This document shows positions 26,301-40,833 of a stretch of 64,000 bases of DNA, piece by piece (positions within the stretch are counted from its first letter, which is position 1; each line of letters begins with the position of its first letter). The notes beneath the pieces were generated by a model. The model made no database searches. It saw only the letters and a program-made list of their open reading frames with translations, and had not been told where the DNA came from. This stretch comes from Octopus sinensis. Its lineage: Eukaryota. Location of the stretch: assembly GCF_006345805.1 (NCBI RefSeq), contig NC_042997.1, positions 32,612,001-32,676,000 of the forward strand. The letters are read 5' to 3'. The position numbers and the translations under genes are program-made.

Positions 26301-29300
26301 TATTGCACAGTGATTGAATAAAGTGAAAACAAAACAAAAACAAAATAAAAAATGAATTCATTTATATCATCCTCATTATTATCAATCCTTCAGATATGGA
26401 TTGATCCATCTCCTCTCCATGCTCATCATTTTAATGTAATGTTCTCAGGATTGCAAATGTTAGCTTTAGTTTCTCCTCTTTTTCTTTCTTCCACTTCTCC
26501 TCATCTCCTTGTTTCTCATCTAACTACAATCTTATTATACTTATTTCTTTATTACCCACAAAGGGCTAAACACAGAGGGGACAAATAAGGACAGACATAG
26601 GTATTAAGTCGATTACATCGACTCCAGTGCGTAACTGGCACTTATTTAATCGACCCCGAAAAGATGAAAGGTAAAGTCGACCTCGGCGGAATTTGAACTC
26701 AGAACGTAACGGCAGACGAAATACTGCTAAGCATTTCGCCCAGCATGCTAACGATTCTGCCAGGTCACCGTCTTATTATACTGTTGCTCTTCATCTCCCT
26801 TTCATGTACTGCCACCTACCACCTTCTCCTCCCTGACCCACACCTTCTCTCCTTTACCTTCCCTCCCCAACCAATATTCACCATTGACAATGCTTTCATC
26901 CATGTTTTCCATTCACTGCTATCCCCCCTCTCTAACCATCTATTGCTCTTTCAAGCTCTTGCAAACTTACCTGCCCATCCAGCCATCCTTGATTCCTTAT
27001 CTCTATTCTCCCTTTATCTATCTTCTACCTTGAGGGTTTATCCTGACACCACATATCCACCATCCTTTCTCCTTTTCCAGTAGGAGTAACCATGTACAGT
27101 AAGAGGTCATTACCTGTTCCTCCATCAAACTCCCTAATCCTGGCTCAAAATCACATCCCTTGATACTGCAACCCTGCTCAGTTGAGAGGTTTTATCTAAC
27201 AAGTTACTAGATGATGTCACAGGTGCCAGACGCAGCTAGCAAACGGCCACGGACAGATGGTGCTTTTTACGTGCCACCGGCACGGGGGCCAGGCGAGGCT
27301 GGCAACGGCCACGAACGGATGGTGCTTTTTACGTGCCACCGGCACGGAGGCCAGTCGGGGCGGCGCTGGCAAACGGCCACGATCGGATGGTTCGCTTACT
27401 TGTCACCGGCACTGGTATCACAGCTGTAATTTCCATTGATGTTGATCGACTTCGATTTTGGTTCTGCTTTCTGATATCTGATTTGATTTGGTTTGATTTT
27501 GATTTTGATTTTGATATATTTATTTTATTATAAATGCAAAACAACACCACAGAGTAATCGACATAAACTTAAATAATAAACTGCAATATGGCAAGGGATT
27601 ATTGTGTATATATATGAGTAAAGGAGAGGCTATTAATGAAATTTAGTAACCTATCTTACAGATATTTATATTTTTTAATGCCATTAAATTAATGACATAG
27701 AATAGCACTACATTAGCCAATGTCACCTTTCTTTCCTTTTAACACAGAAAGATGTCATTTGGTTGTTCTTTCTAGCAGATCATGCAATCACATAGAGACT
27801 CTCTTGTTGGTTCAGCGATGATTGTAATGATGATGATGGTGGTGATGTGATGATGATGGTGATGTGATGATGATGGTTATGTGATGATGATGGTGATAAT
27901 ACTGATGGTGATGACAACGATGATGATGACAGATTACTTGGTTCATCCACTGTGACATTTTTAAGCCTTATTCTAGCTTCTTCCGATGAAAGATACCCTC
28001 ATCACCCGTTCCACCCATCTTTCCAACCTGACCCACTTGATTGTTTGGTTTGCTAGAAACAGCAACTAAAACTCCCATCAGTCTTTAAAATGAAACAGCA
28101 CATTGTAATATGTATTCCTACATACACAATATCTGAAACAAAATATGGAAAAGTCACAGCTAGTACAACTTTTATCACAAGTCTTTCTGGTCAGAATAGA
28201 TATGCATTAAAGAATAACGACAAGGAAAATAATAATAATAATGAAATTATTGTATACAGTGCTCAGGTGCACCACAGCTTGTCAGAAAGTGCATATAAAG
28301 CATATGCAGTAATGTACAAATGTCTGGAAAGCGAACAGTGTATGAGTCAGATACATGCTTGCGTGTGTATGGAGGGGAGAAAATCAGGTGTAGTGTTGGC
28401 AAATCTCAGGAAGCATGGAAGTTTTGAAGGATGCAGTGCTCCGACAACTAACAACTGATGCTGGCAGTTTGTTCCATGCTTCAGCAACTCTCAGCGTGAA
28501 AAAATGTTTCCTGAAGTCACAGGAGCTGTGCTGTTTTCTGACTTTGTAAACATGTCCACGGGTGTTAGACAGGTGGAGTTTGAAAAGGTGCTCAGAGTTA
28601 TTGTTTGTACGATGGTTGATAATTTTATGGGTGTCTGCCAAGTCAGCTGCCAGATGTCGGAGTTTCAATGTATCCATGCCCATGGAAGTAATGCGTTCAG
28701 AATATGGCAAATGCCTGATGGAGGGTATTCTCTTGGTTGCACATCGCTGAACAGTTTCCAGACAATTAATATATTGGGCAAGATAGGGGTTCCAGACCAG
28801 TGATGCCAATTCCAGATCACCACAACCAATAGCAACTTACCTTATTGAGTGTATCAAGAGCTTTCTTTGCTGCTATAAGGGCAGGTTCAGCTTTGGTAAG
28901 ATCTTCTTCACAATCTTGGGCCTTCTTGCTGACTTCTTCATTGATCTTTTGTACTTTCTTCTCTTCTTCATCAGCAATGCGTTTCTCCTTGCTAACTTTC
29001 TCTGTCTCAGCTCCAACAATAGCTATCAGTTTGTTAGCATCCTCTTCTTTCTGAGCAAGTTCAACCTCTTGGGCAGCCAGCTTGGCTTTCAGGTCATCAA
29101 CCTGAAAGAAAAAAGATATACAGATAGAGAAAAGGTCACATTGTGGATTGCCAGAAAATGAAATTGCATGTGTGTGCACACACATATATGTTCCTAAGAC
29201 TAACTTAATTATAACTAAATTATTTTACTAAATACTTAGTTATACTTAAAATAATTGAAAGAAACACAGAGCATCTCAAAATAAACACAGTAACAAAAGG

Positions 29301-29643
29301 GTTAAGGCTAAGTACTAATTCTGTTTACGTTTGTGTAACAGATATTTTGGTTGGATTATATAGTTATCAGTTTTACACTTCTTTCTATATTCTGTAACTG
29401 TCACAATATAGAAATACTTCCTATGGCACCAGCACACAATTTACAAATGCTCACATTTCTTATGTTTTCCATGAAGTTTTCACGGGTCCAGCTAATTATT
29501 ATTATTATTTGATGCTAGGAAGGGCATCCAGCCATAGAAACCATGCCAAAACAAATACATAGAGCCCAGGCAGCTCTTTAGCTGTTCAACCCATGTGAGC
29601 ATGATGATTATTGTTGTTGTTGTTTCTGTTGTTGTGGTTATTA

Positions 29644-29675
<32 letters not shown>

Positions 29676-30265
29676 GAGTGAGAGAGCAGTGCATGCCATC
29701 AAAGTGACACTGGGGTAAACTACACAAAGCCCAGTATACCCATCATGACTACCCGTCTGATAAGGGTACACCAGGCACATGCATCACAACCATATGTGCA
29801 CGACATAGTGATCTCATATCAAGATAAACAGCGCATGACCTTGCAGATGGGGCCCAGTTAGAATTTTCTTCTGGTCGAGTAACCCATCCCACTCAAAAGG
29901 TCCCTGAATAAGAGTTGTTTAAGGATGTTGAACGAAACACCCATGTTTCCAAAGGTGAATTATCCAAACCTCTAAGAATTCCTTTCAACACACGGTTATG
30001 ATGCTCCCCTACTACTTCTGCTCGTGATCAGAGATGCACATATCGTCAGCCACTAAGGGACATGCTCAACTGGTTAAGGTCAAACAACTGACAAGCAAAT
30101 CTGTGGTATTGAGCAGAATATTTGCTGTAGCCCATCTTTTATACCAAGACAAAACAATGGACATGATAACACTTCCAATCAGTTAAGATTAGAAGCCATG
30201 AAAGCCACTGCCTGGTACTACATCAGTGCATTTATACTGCATCAGGACATGTACTGCATCAGGGC

Positions 30266-30321
<56 letters not shown>

Positions 30322-32940
30322 GTAGTGTGGTGAGGAGAGATGGTTGACACAAGATTAGTAAAACTGTTTGAAATGTCTTAATGATCTGATGCCCCTCTTG
30401 TCTAATTAACCATGGTTTATATCACATTACATCTCATGGTTTACACCACATTACAAAAGGTCACAGAAGAGTTAGAATAAGTTCAGTTGCTTTGGGGAGA
30501 GAATCTTCTTGGGGTGGGAGTGAGGAAGCACTTTTCTTATATTTGAGAGTGAAGAAGAAAGAGAAATCACTTCCAGATGTACAGAAATATTTTGAAATGT
30601 TTGATTATTTAACTCTCACAGCAATTAAACATATTAAAATTTATCCTTACCAATGTAGGCCTTCATCACTGCCTTGGATTCTGAATTTGGCCCTATATCA
30701 CATTTTGTTGTTTAAATTTATTTAGAAACAAAACAAATAATGGTTTTAAATTTTGGCACTGAGCCAACGGTTTTAGGTGAAGGGGAAAGTTGCTAACATC
30801 AACCTCGGTGCTCACCTGGTACTTATTTTATTAACCTTGCAAAGATGAAAGGTGAAGTCAACTTTGGCAGAACTTAAACTCAGAGCCTTTTTTCTAACAC
30901 TCTAACAGTTCTGCCAGTTTATTACCTTTAGAAATATCTCATTATTATGATAAATTTGTAAGTCTGTAGAACTCGGAGTCAGAAAAACTCTTTGCATGAG
31001 AAGTTGCTTTTTTCCTGTTTTTTTTTTGTAATGAAAAGTTGTTGCTTAAAATTCTTGATTTTTAAGAAACTTCTAAACTCATATGCCACAAAAAAAAAAA
31101 GTTTTATAGAACTTTTTATTGTTGAAAATTTACAGACCTGGGAAGAAGTGTTTCTAAGTTTCTCCAAACCATTTTCTAGACGCACAATCTGTGCCTGTAA
31201 ATTGGTATTATTCTTATTCAGTAGGTTTTGATAAAGCTTAATCTGTTCTAGGAAACTTTTTGGTGTAGTATAATTGTAGCGACGTTCATTTTGGAGATAA
31301 AGGTCACTTGTATCATTCACTGAGTTGTGCACAAAGGCCATAAACTTTGAAATTGCTTCCCTCATTGGTGGCTGGAAAGAAAAATGAAAAAAAAAAAAGG
31401 AAAGCAAGTCAGGAAATTGAAACAGAGACTATTTGATTAAAACAAGAACAGGCCGTCATACTAAATGTCATTTGCAGCAATAACAGAGAATGATAAAAAT
31501 TTTTAAATTACATTTTACTTTTTAAAACCCACATCACTAAGATCATACTTATAAATTGTAAATAATCAAAAGATAACGATTAAATTATATCACCCTCATC
31601 ATTTTCATCATTACCACCTGCACCATCACCACTATGGTTGATATCTTTATGATTGTAATCAACATCATCATTATTGCAGGCATACATCATTCCTTAAAAT
31701 CTTGCCATAATGTGGAATTCTGTAGCACAAAACCTATTTTTACAGTGCTTCCATATGTAATATGTTATGTAACAAAGAAACGAGTGGGCAAATGGATTTA
31801 GTGTTACCAAATTCCATGTTTCAGCAAGGTTTTCAGGAAAACACAATGGTTCCATAATACAAGAGATGTCCTTATGTTAAAATCCATTTTTCTCAGTTAT
31901 TGTGGGCTGTCCTGTGTCGGAATGGTCAGTGGTAAGAGAGGAAGAGGCCGACCAAGAACCCGCTGGCTTGACACCATCAAGAGTGATACCGGAATGGACA
32001 TAGCCAATCTGAAAGAAGCGGCCCAGGATAGAACTGACTGGAGGACACTAATCCAACGAGTGACCGAGAGTCGACTTCGACTGAGCGGATAGAGATGTGT
32101 CCTGTGTCATTTTTTATTTTAGGTCCAATACTCTCAGATCTGACCAAGCTACTTTCTCATAAAATCCTGCTTGTTCTACCATCACCATATGACAACTTTA
32201 TATCCAGCATGCATCAACAAGTCACATGTTAAACACAGCATTCTCTCTTGCATTCATGGTCTCATGTTTCTGGTTCTCAGTCCCTTTCCCTTGCACTTAT
32301 CTGTTATCTTTTACTTGTTTCAATCACTGGACTGCAGCCATGCTGGGGCACTGCCTTGAACGGTTTAGCTGAAGAAATTGACTTCAATGCTTATATATTT
32401 TTTTAAGATTGATACTTATTCTATCAGTCTCTTTTGCCAAAATTGCTAAGCTACAGGGACATAAACAAACCAACACAGATTGTCTGCAGTGGTGGACAAA
32501 CATAACATAAAGACACACACACTTACAAAAATATTACAGGCTTCTTTCAGTTTCCATCTACCAAATCCAATCGCAAGGCTTTGGTCAGTTCAAAATTATA
32601 GTAGAAGACACTTGTCCAAGATGCCATACAATGGGATTGAACACAAGATCACATAGTTGAGAAGCAAGCTTTCAACCACACAGCTATGCCTTCTCACTCT
32701 TTTTCTCATAAATACCACTCTTTTACTCTTTTACTTGTTTCAGTCATTTGACTGTGGCCATGCTGGAGCACCGCCTTTAGTCGAGCAAATCGACCCCAGG
32801 ACTTATTCTTTGTAAGCCTAGTACTTATTCTATCAGTTTCTTTTGCCGAACCGCTAAGCTACAGGGACGTAAACACACTAGCATCGGTTGTCAATCGATG
32901 TTGGAGGGACAAGCACAGACACACAAACATATACACACAT

Positions 32941-33015
<75 letters not shown>

Positions 33016-35951
33016 TGCGACGGGCTTCTTTCAGTTTCCGTCTACCAAATCCACTCACACGACTTTGGTCGGCCTGAGGCTATAGTAGAAGACACTTGCC
33101 CAAGGTGCCATGCAGTGGGACTGAACCCGGAACCATGTGGTTCGTAAGCAAGCTACTTACCACACAGCCACTCCTATGCCACTGTATAAGAAGATTAAAA
33201 TTTTTGTTGTCTTTGGTCAGTAAGTATTATTTCCTATTTGCTTTTATCTAGAAATCAGAGGAAATAACTATTATTCCCTCCAAACTTTGCTTTTGTGACC
33301 TGGACATCAACATTTTTGAAACTGACCTATTTTCCATTACATTTCAGACAGATTCAGCACTGAGTTGCTGAAGCAGAAATATCATTATAGCAAACATTCT
33401 GCTCAATGCCACAGATTTGCTTCTCAGTTAGTTAACCACTTAACCACTTGAACATGTCCTTTAATGGCTGACAATACATGCATTTCTGATCATGAGCAGG
33501 AGTAGTGGGGTATCATCATAGCCATGAGTTGGGAGGGATTCTTTGGGGTTTGAATAAATGTAACAAACGCAAAGTTTGAAGGAAATATTTGCAGTGGCTG
33601 TGTGGTTAACAGTTAACAGTTTCTTGAAGTACTTCAACCCATTTTTCACTCTAACTACACTGATTGATTAAGCTGTATCACTACTACACCTATCTCTTCC
33701 TCTGACTCCGTATCCCTTCAGCCTGATACACTCATCTCTCCTTCTCATTACTCCATCTGTGTTACATGCTACTTTCGAACACACACACACACAGATACAC
33801 ACAGAGCAATCATTTCCGTTGCTTTTCTTTTAAATTCCCCATCCATCAGCATTTTGCACCTTGATGCCAACCTGCAGATACTCTTCAAACTCAACATCAA
33901 TCTGATAAGCTTCAGTGAACCTCTAAACATCATAGGCTCTCTTCCTCCTTCTCCTCCTCCTAATCTTTATATATAAAAGTCAAGTTGTGTGTCTGTCTCC
34001 TACGATTTAGATTCCTAACTACTCCCACATTTTGCGGTGCAGTTTAACTAAAACTTATAGTCGTGATTCATATCGAGCCCTTCTGGGTATTAGAGCGCGT
34101 CTACGATGAGTCTACAATTTAAAAAAAAATTTACCATCATTTTTTTCCATTTTAATGCATTTTTTTCGCTATTATATAAGGGAAGTAACTCTCTAAAAAT
34201 GTCTACGATGAGTCAACGATTTAAAAAAAAATTTACCATAATTTTTTTTCCATTTTTAATGCATTTTTTTTGCTATTTTTTGGCTATAACTCTCTAAAAA
34301 TGCTTATATAGTTATTTCCATTACAAACCTGAGCAACGCCGGCGATACTGCTAGTTAATAATAAAGCAAGTCAATAAGGTTGGTAAACGGCTACTAATTT
34401 GTATGATGTCACTAGTACTGCATTATGTTCATGATCAATACATCCTTATCAGCCAAGTCTACCAAGCTCTAAGTGAGTAGTGGTGTACAGTGGCAATAAA
34501 TCATTGGATAGTAAACTTAATCTTCTGCTTCTTTAACACCACCTCCTAGCCCAACCATTCGTAAATAAATTGGAATCCCATTCAAAGAGAAATTTGTCTT
34601 TCAGATGTTTTAGTGCAATTAAAACAGAGTTGTTATCGTCATCATTGCTTAACATCTGCCTTCCATGCTGGCATGGGTTGGATGACCCGAGGGGAGCTGG
34701 CTAGGCAGGAGCATGCACCAGACTTCTGTGTCAGTTTTGGCTGGATTTTTACAGTTTGATACCCTTCCTAACACCAACCACCCAGAAGGATGGACAGAGT
34801 GTTTTTTACATGGCAGAAGCACAGGTGAGAAGGCAGCGAGCTGGCAGAAACGTTAGCAAGCCAGGCAAAATGCTTAGCGGTATTTCGTCTGTCTTTACGT
34901 TCTGAGTTCAAATTCCGCCGAGGTCGACTTTGCCTTTCATCCTTTCGGGGTTGATAGATTAAGTACCAGTTACATACTGGGGTCGATGTAATCAACTTAA
35001 TCCCTTTGTCTGTCCTTGTTTGTCCCCTCTATGTTTAGCCCCTTGTGGGCAAAAAAGAAATAAGAAGCACAGGTGAGATAGTTTTGGCATGGTTTTTACA
35101 GCTTGATACCCTTCCTAACACCAACCACCCAGCAGGGTGGACAGTGTTTTTTACGTGGCAGAAGCACAGGTGAGATCAGTTTTGGCATGGTTTTTGCAGC
35201 TGGATGTCCTTCCAAATGCCAACCACTTTACAGTGTGGAATGTCAACATTAATTTAGAGAATTGTGGGCATCCACAAAAGGACAAATGGAAGTATAGGTA
35301 AGGATATTAGCAACATTGGTACCATAGTCCGTTTGGTTATAAAGGGAAAATATAGGTGCAAAATATGATATTGACAAGAATAATGCCTGCACAAATGATA
35401 ACACACAATCTATTTTGGGTAGTGCAGCACCAGTACCACCAGCAGCAGCAGCAGCCATTCAAGAATTTGGACCTGGAGATCTCCATTTCCAGCGACTTCG
35501 AGGGCCACCTCCCAGTGGTGTCGGGCGTCAACGAAGAGCCCTCGACTACAACAAGACGACCAAAAGTTTTTTTTTCCAAGGTCTGGGATCTCCCGCCCCT
35601 AAGCCTTAGACCATCACCTAATCACCCTTACCCATCTTGTTGCTTAACAACAACAACAACAACAACAACAGCAGCAGCCACCACTACCGCCACACTCATC
35701 GTCATCTTTTGATGCTTATTTTACCAAGTTTTCAAAATATCCAATTAACTGACTTACTGCCAATAGTTCAACTTCTTCAAGGAATCTTTGACTGACAGAT
35801 ACTAGAGCTTCTTCAGGCCATTCATGGAACCAGTCGATGCTTGTACAATTGGTAATAGCTGGAAATTTGCGACTTCGGATTCGCAATGTAGGACCAACTG
35901 GAGAGAAACATAACACAACCTGAAATAAATCACATACACATATATAAAGTA

Positions 35952-35993
<42 letters not shown>

Positions 35994-38900
35994 AAATTAG
36001 AAACAAAGGATTTAACATTTTTTTTGGCTTCTCATTCTAAAGATGGAAATTCTTGTAAATTTTAACAACAGTGGTTAAAAGTAAAACTCCTTCAACATTT
36101 TATGTCCATTTGTGTTCTCTTTCTTAAAAGATTTCCTCATCAAAGATGATAAATCTTCAAGTATCAACTGGAATGGTGCCTCTACTGGACACAAACACAC
36201 ACACATCTTTAGACCATGTTCAAAAAAAGGGTCACTGGACCGATTAGCATAAAGTTACTCACAGACATCCTTTAGCCACTGGCAGTCTCCTTCCTCTGCC
36301 TTTTCTGTTGCTACTATAAGAGCCTCTACTCTTTGGAGCTGATTGGACTCACGTCACCTCCACTCAGGAGTAGCTCCTCAATTTTATGTTGTGAGTCTCC
36401 ACCAATAACATTAATGTACTTGAGTGGTCTTCATCTTCTATTAGGATGCAGAAGTCTTTACATAAATATTTTTTAGTTAAATAGTTATTTATACTGAATG
36501 GCACTTGTGCATGTGCTAGTAGGGTGCCAATCCAAGCATGATCGTTGCCAGAGCAGCCAACTGGCTTCCATACCCATTGCACGTAAAAGGGCACCATTCG
36601 AGCTTGATCGTTACCAATGTCGCTTCACTGGCCCCTGTGTCGGTGGCATGTGTAAAAAGATTTGAGCGAGGTGTCATTGCCAGTACCGCCTGACTGGCAC
36701 ATAAAAAGCACCCACTGCACTCTCAGAGTGGTTGGCGTTAGGAAGGGCATCCAGCTGTAGAAACCCTGCCAGATCAAGATTGGAGCCTGGTGCAGCCATC
36801 TGGTTCGCCAGTCCTCAGTCAAACCCATGCTAGCATGGAAAGCGGATGTTAAACGATGATGATGATATGATAGGGCTTCTCATAGTGTAAACATAAAACC
36901 AAAGAGAAGATTTATGGAGACACTCATGTTCCACCCATCCCTACTATTGTTGTTCAATGAGGGTAGGCTTTGTTGGCCAATGCCATTACGTTGAACACCA
37001 GGTAATATAGTTACCAGGTAATTTGCTTTCTAAAGTTATCTCTACAGATATTCTATAAAAATTAGAACCATCATTGATTTGTGACAACATTTCATATACA
37101 AATACATCTATGTAAACAATGTGATCAATGATAGAGAAATAGGTAATGGGTATGTACAGCACTGGATTAACCATTAAGGAAAAATAAGCACATACTTAGG
37201 GCATCAAAAGAAGAAGGGGGGGCACCACAGAAATAGTAAATGGTTTATGGCACAAAAGAAATCACTTTAAACTTGCTAAAATAATATTCATGATTCCTTT
37301 ATCTCTACTAAGTATAGATGCAGATGTATTACCAAAGATTAATTTTGAGGATCTGATCAAAGACTTTGCAATTCAAAAAAGTAGGAGGAAACTTTTTGAA
37401 TATAAATAAAGTGGAAGTATACAAAAAATAAACATTATTTTCCCTCTTACTATTTTGTTTTGTTTTGTAAAATAAAAATTTATTTTATGGTTTGTTATTG
37501 TTTATATTTTGAATTACATAATCTTTTATGGGGGCACCGAAATCTTTTAAGTGCTTAGGGCCTCAATGGGTCTTAATCCAGCCCTGGGTAATTACACATA
37601 TTTCAGGAGTTCTTACTCCTTCTTCAGGACCACATCCAACCCATTAACCATCATCATCATCATCATCATCATCGTTTAACGTCCGTTTTCTGTGCTAGCA
37701 CGGGTTGGACGGTTCGACCGGGGTCTGGGAAGCCAGGGGCTGCACCAGGCTCCAGTCTGATCTGGCAGTGTTTCTACAGCTGGATGCCCTTCCTAACGCC
37801 AACCACTCCGCGGGTGTAGTGGGTGCTTTTTATGTGCCACCTGCACAGGTGCCAGGGGAGTCTGGCATCGGCCACAATCGGTTGGTGCTTTTAACGTGCC
37901 ACTAGCACGGGAGCCAGCCAAGGCGGCGCTGGCATCGGCCACGTTCGGATGGTGCTTTTTATGTGCCACTGGCACAGAAGCGAGTCGAGGCGGCGCTGGC
38001 ATCGAACAAATTGCTAAAGTATCCACCTGATATAGCAGTGTAACATTATTAGAAATACCAACTTTACATTCCTGGTAACTGATATGTACGTATCAATTGT
38101 TGGTAAGGACACTATATTTTGTTATGCAACCATAATATACTACCATCAACATCATTCTCTAACGTCCGTTTTTCATGCTGGCATGGGTAGGATGGTTTGA
38201 CTGAAAACTGGTAAGCTGCGCCAGGTTCCAATCTGATTTGGCATGGTTCCTACAGCTGGATGCCTTTCCTAATGCCAACCACTCCAAGAGTGTAATGGGT
38301 ACTTTTTACATGCCACTAGCACAAGTACCAATTACAAAACACCAGCATTGGCCACGACTACGATCTCACTTGATTTGACAGGTCTTCTCAAGCCAAAGGT
38401 CTCGGTCACCTGTCACTGTCTAAGTATACTAAAGGATTAAAGGTCAATACTGTGCCTCCCACCATGTTAGCAATGCTAATATTTCACTTCTCAAAGTTAT
38501 CTCTACAGATATTCTTTAGAAATTAGAGTCAGCATGTCCCTATCAGCAATTAATTACCAGGTAATGTATTTACCACAAAGTTTGAACCGGATTAGTTATG
38601 ACCTATGACAATTAAATTAATAAAATGTAAAAATTTTCTTTAAAAAATGTTTCCTAACTTTGTTACAATGCTGGACATTTTGAAAGAAGGGTGTAATTGA
38701 TTTTAAATGTTCTCTGCATTTGATAGGTGATTAGTCTATTGACTGCAGAAGTTGAAAACCAAAAGTGACTCCAACAAGATTTGAACACAGAATACAGGGT
38801 AATGTAACTAAATACTGTAAGCTATTTAGATTGGTGCCCAACTATTTCTACTACTTCATCACCTTATTTATTAGAAAAGAAATGTAAATATATTTCGTTT

Positions 38901-40330
38901 TTGGATTTGGTTTGCAAGATTCTTTACATGAATTCGTCTGTTGAAGCATATTCTGTTGTGTCTGGGGAGAGTCATTTTCTTTTTGTGCCTTATAATGTAA
39001 AACACTCAACGGTAAAATTTCCACTTATTTCTTATTTCTATTTTCCTAAAATTTTCGTTGCGTCTTGCAACCTTTTCAATACTTATTTTTATTTTCCTAA
39101 AATTTTCGTTGTGTCTTGCAATCTTTTCAATAGTTTTAAGAGTCAAGACTATTGAAAAGGTTGCAAGACGCAACGAAAATTTTAGGAAAATAAAAATAAG
39201 AAATACGTGGAAATTTTACCGGTGAGTGTGTTACATTATAAGGCACAAAAAGAAAATGTAAATATAGCATTCCATATATCTTACTAAATGTGGGTATACT
39301 ATACAGAACGACAAAACTGCAGTATTCATCTTGAGAATGGACACATTCATGTTGCACCCATCCCTACTATTACTGTTCAATGATGGTAGTATCAATAGCA
39401 GATAAAAAGTGTCCAGTACACTTCTGACCTTTTTAGCACTATATTACTAAATGAGAATCTCTCTCTCTCTCTAGACAAATACTGTAGTTTTGTGGCTTTC
39501 TAACAATAACTCTGAGCACCTTTTCAAACTCCACCCATCTAACACCCTTGGACATGTTTACAAAGTCAGAAAACAGCACAGCTCCCATGACTTTCGGAAA
39601 CATTTTTTCACGCTATGAGTTGCTGAAGCATGGAACAACCTGCCAGCATCAGTTGTTAGTTGTCGGAGCACTGCATCCTTCAAAACTTCCATGCTTCCTG
39701 AGATTCGCCAACACTACACCTGATTTTCTCCCCTCCATACACATGCAATCATGTATCTGACTCATACACTGTTCACTTTCCAGACATTTGTACATCACTG
39801 CATATGCTTTATATGGACTTTTGACAAGTTGTGGTGCACCTGAGCACTGTATACAATAATTTCATTATTATTATTATATCCACATTAAGTAAGACATACA
39901 AAATGCTATTCTGAACCAATACTACTGCCAGTGCTAATAACAAAGAATAAAAATAAATATGACAGTTTCAGATTTGGTTATACCTTTAGTGTACGACGAA
40001 CTTTATCGATATAATATCGCCAGCAGTTCTCTCGGGTGTCTTCAAGACCTTGTGCTTTTACCTCACTTCGTACAGTGCTAATAATAGTCTCAACTTCATC
40101 GTCAGCAAAAAGATCTGCAATCTCTCCTGATGCAAGCAGGTCATTGATCAAAACAAGGAATTTTTCATCTGCTACTTGGGCATCAGTTAATAAGAAGACT
40201 GTCCCAATATTCTTCAAGCCAGCTTTTTGGTACTGAATGTTTAAATCCACTGTAAAATTGGAAAATAGAATATATGTTTTAGTCTTAGTCAAGTTGGAAA
40301 GCTATATTTATATACTAGTATGCATGTGTG

Positions 40331-40385
<55 letters not shown>

Positions 40386-40497
40386 TTGTTTGTGTAAGAA
40401 TATAAATATACATACAGATATAGAGAGACAGACAAACACTAATACACATACAAACATGGGCAACCTATGGCACTGTACTGGGCAGTGCAGTAAAAGA

Positions 40498-40531
<34 letters not shown>

Positions 40532-40797
40532 TTTAAAAATGACGACGACGACGAAGGCAAGGATTATGGAAGCATTCACCAACTTAAAACAAGGAGACCA
40601 TCCAGAAGAGTTGCAGAAGATTCCAATGTCATCTGGATGCTGTAGTTGAAGCCAATGGCGATTTTATTGAATAAATTTACTCTTTAGTATTTCAAGATAT
40701 TTTTATATAATTTTGGTAAATATATCTGTTAAAATGAGATGTCAGTGTTATTTACTGTACCCTGTGTGTGTGTATGTGTGTGTGTATGTGTGTGTGT

Positions 40798-40833
<36 letters not shown>

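Noticed and set aside
20420-27215. ~110-bp sequence shared by 20430-20550 and 27110-27215 as a conserved regulatory element
   Set aside because: It is more simply two fragments of another dispersed repeat, each adjoining S3 copies.
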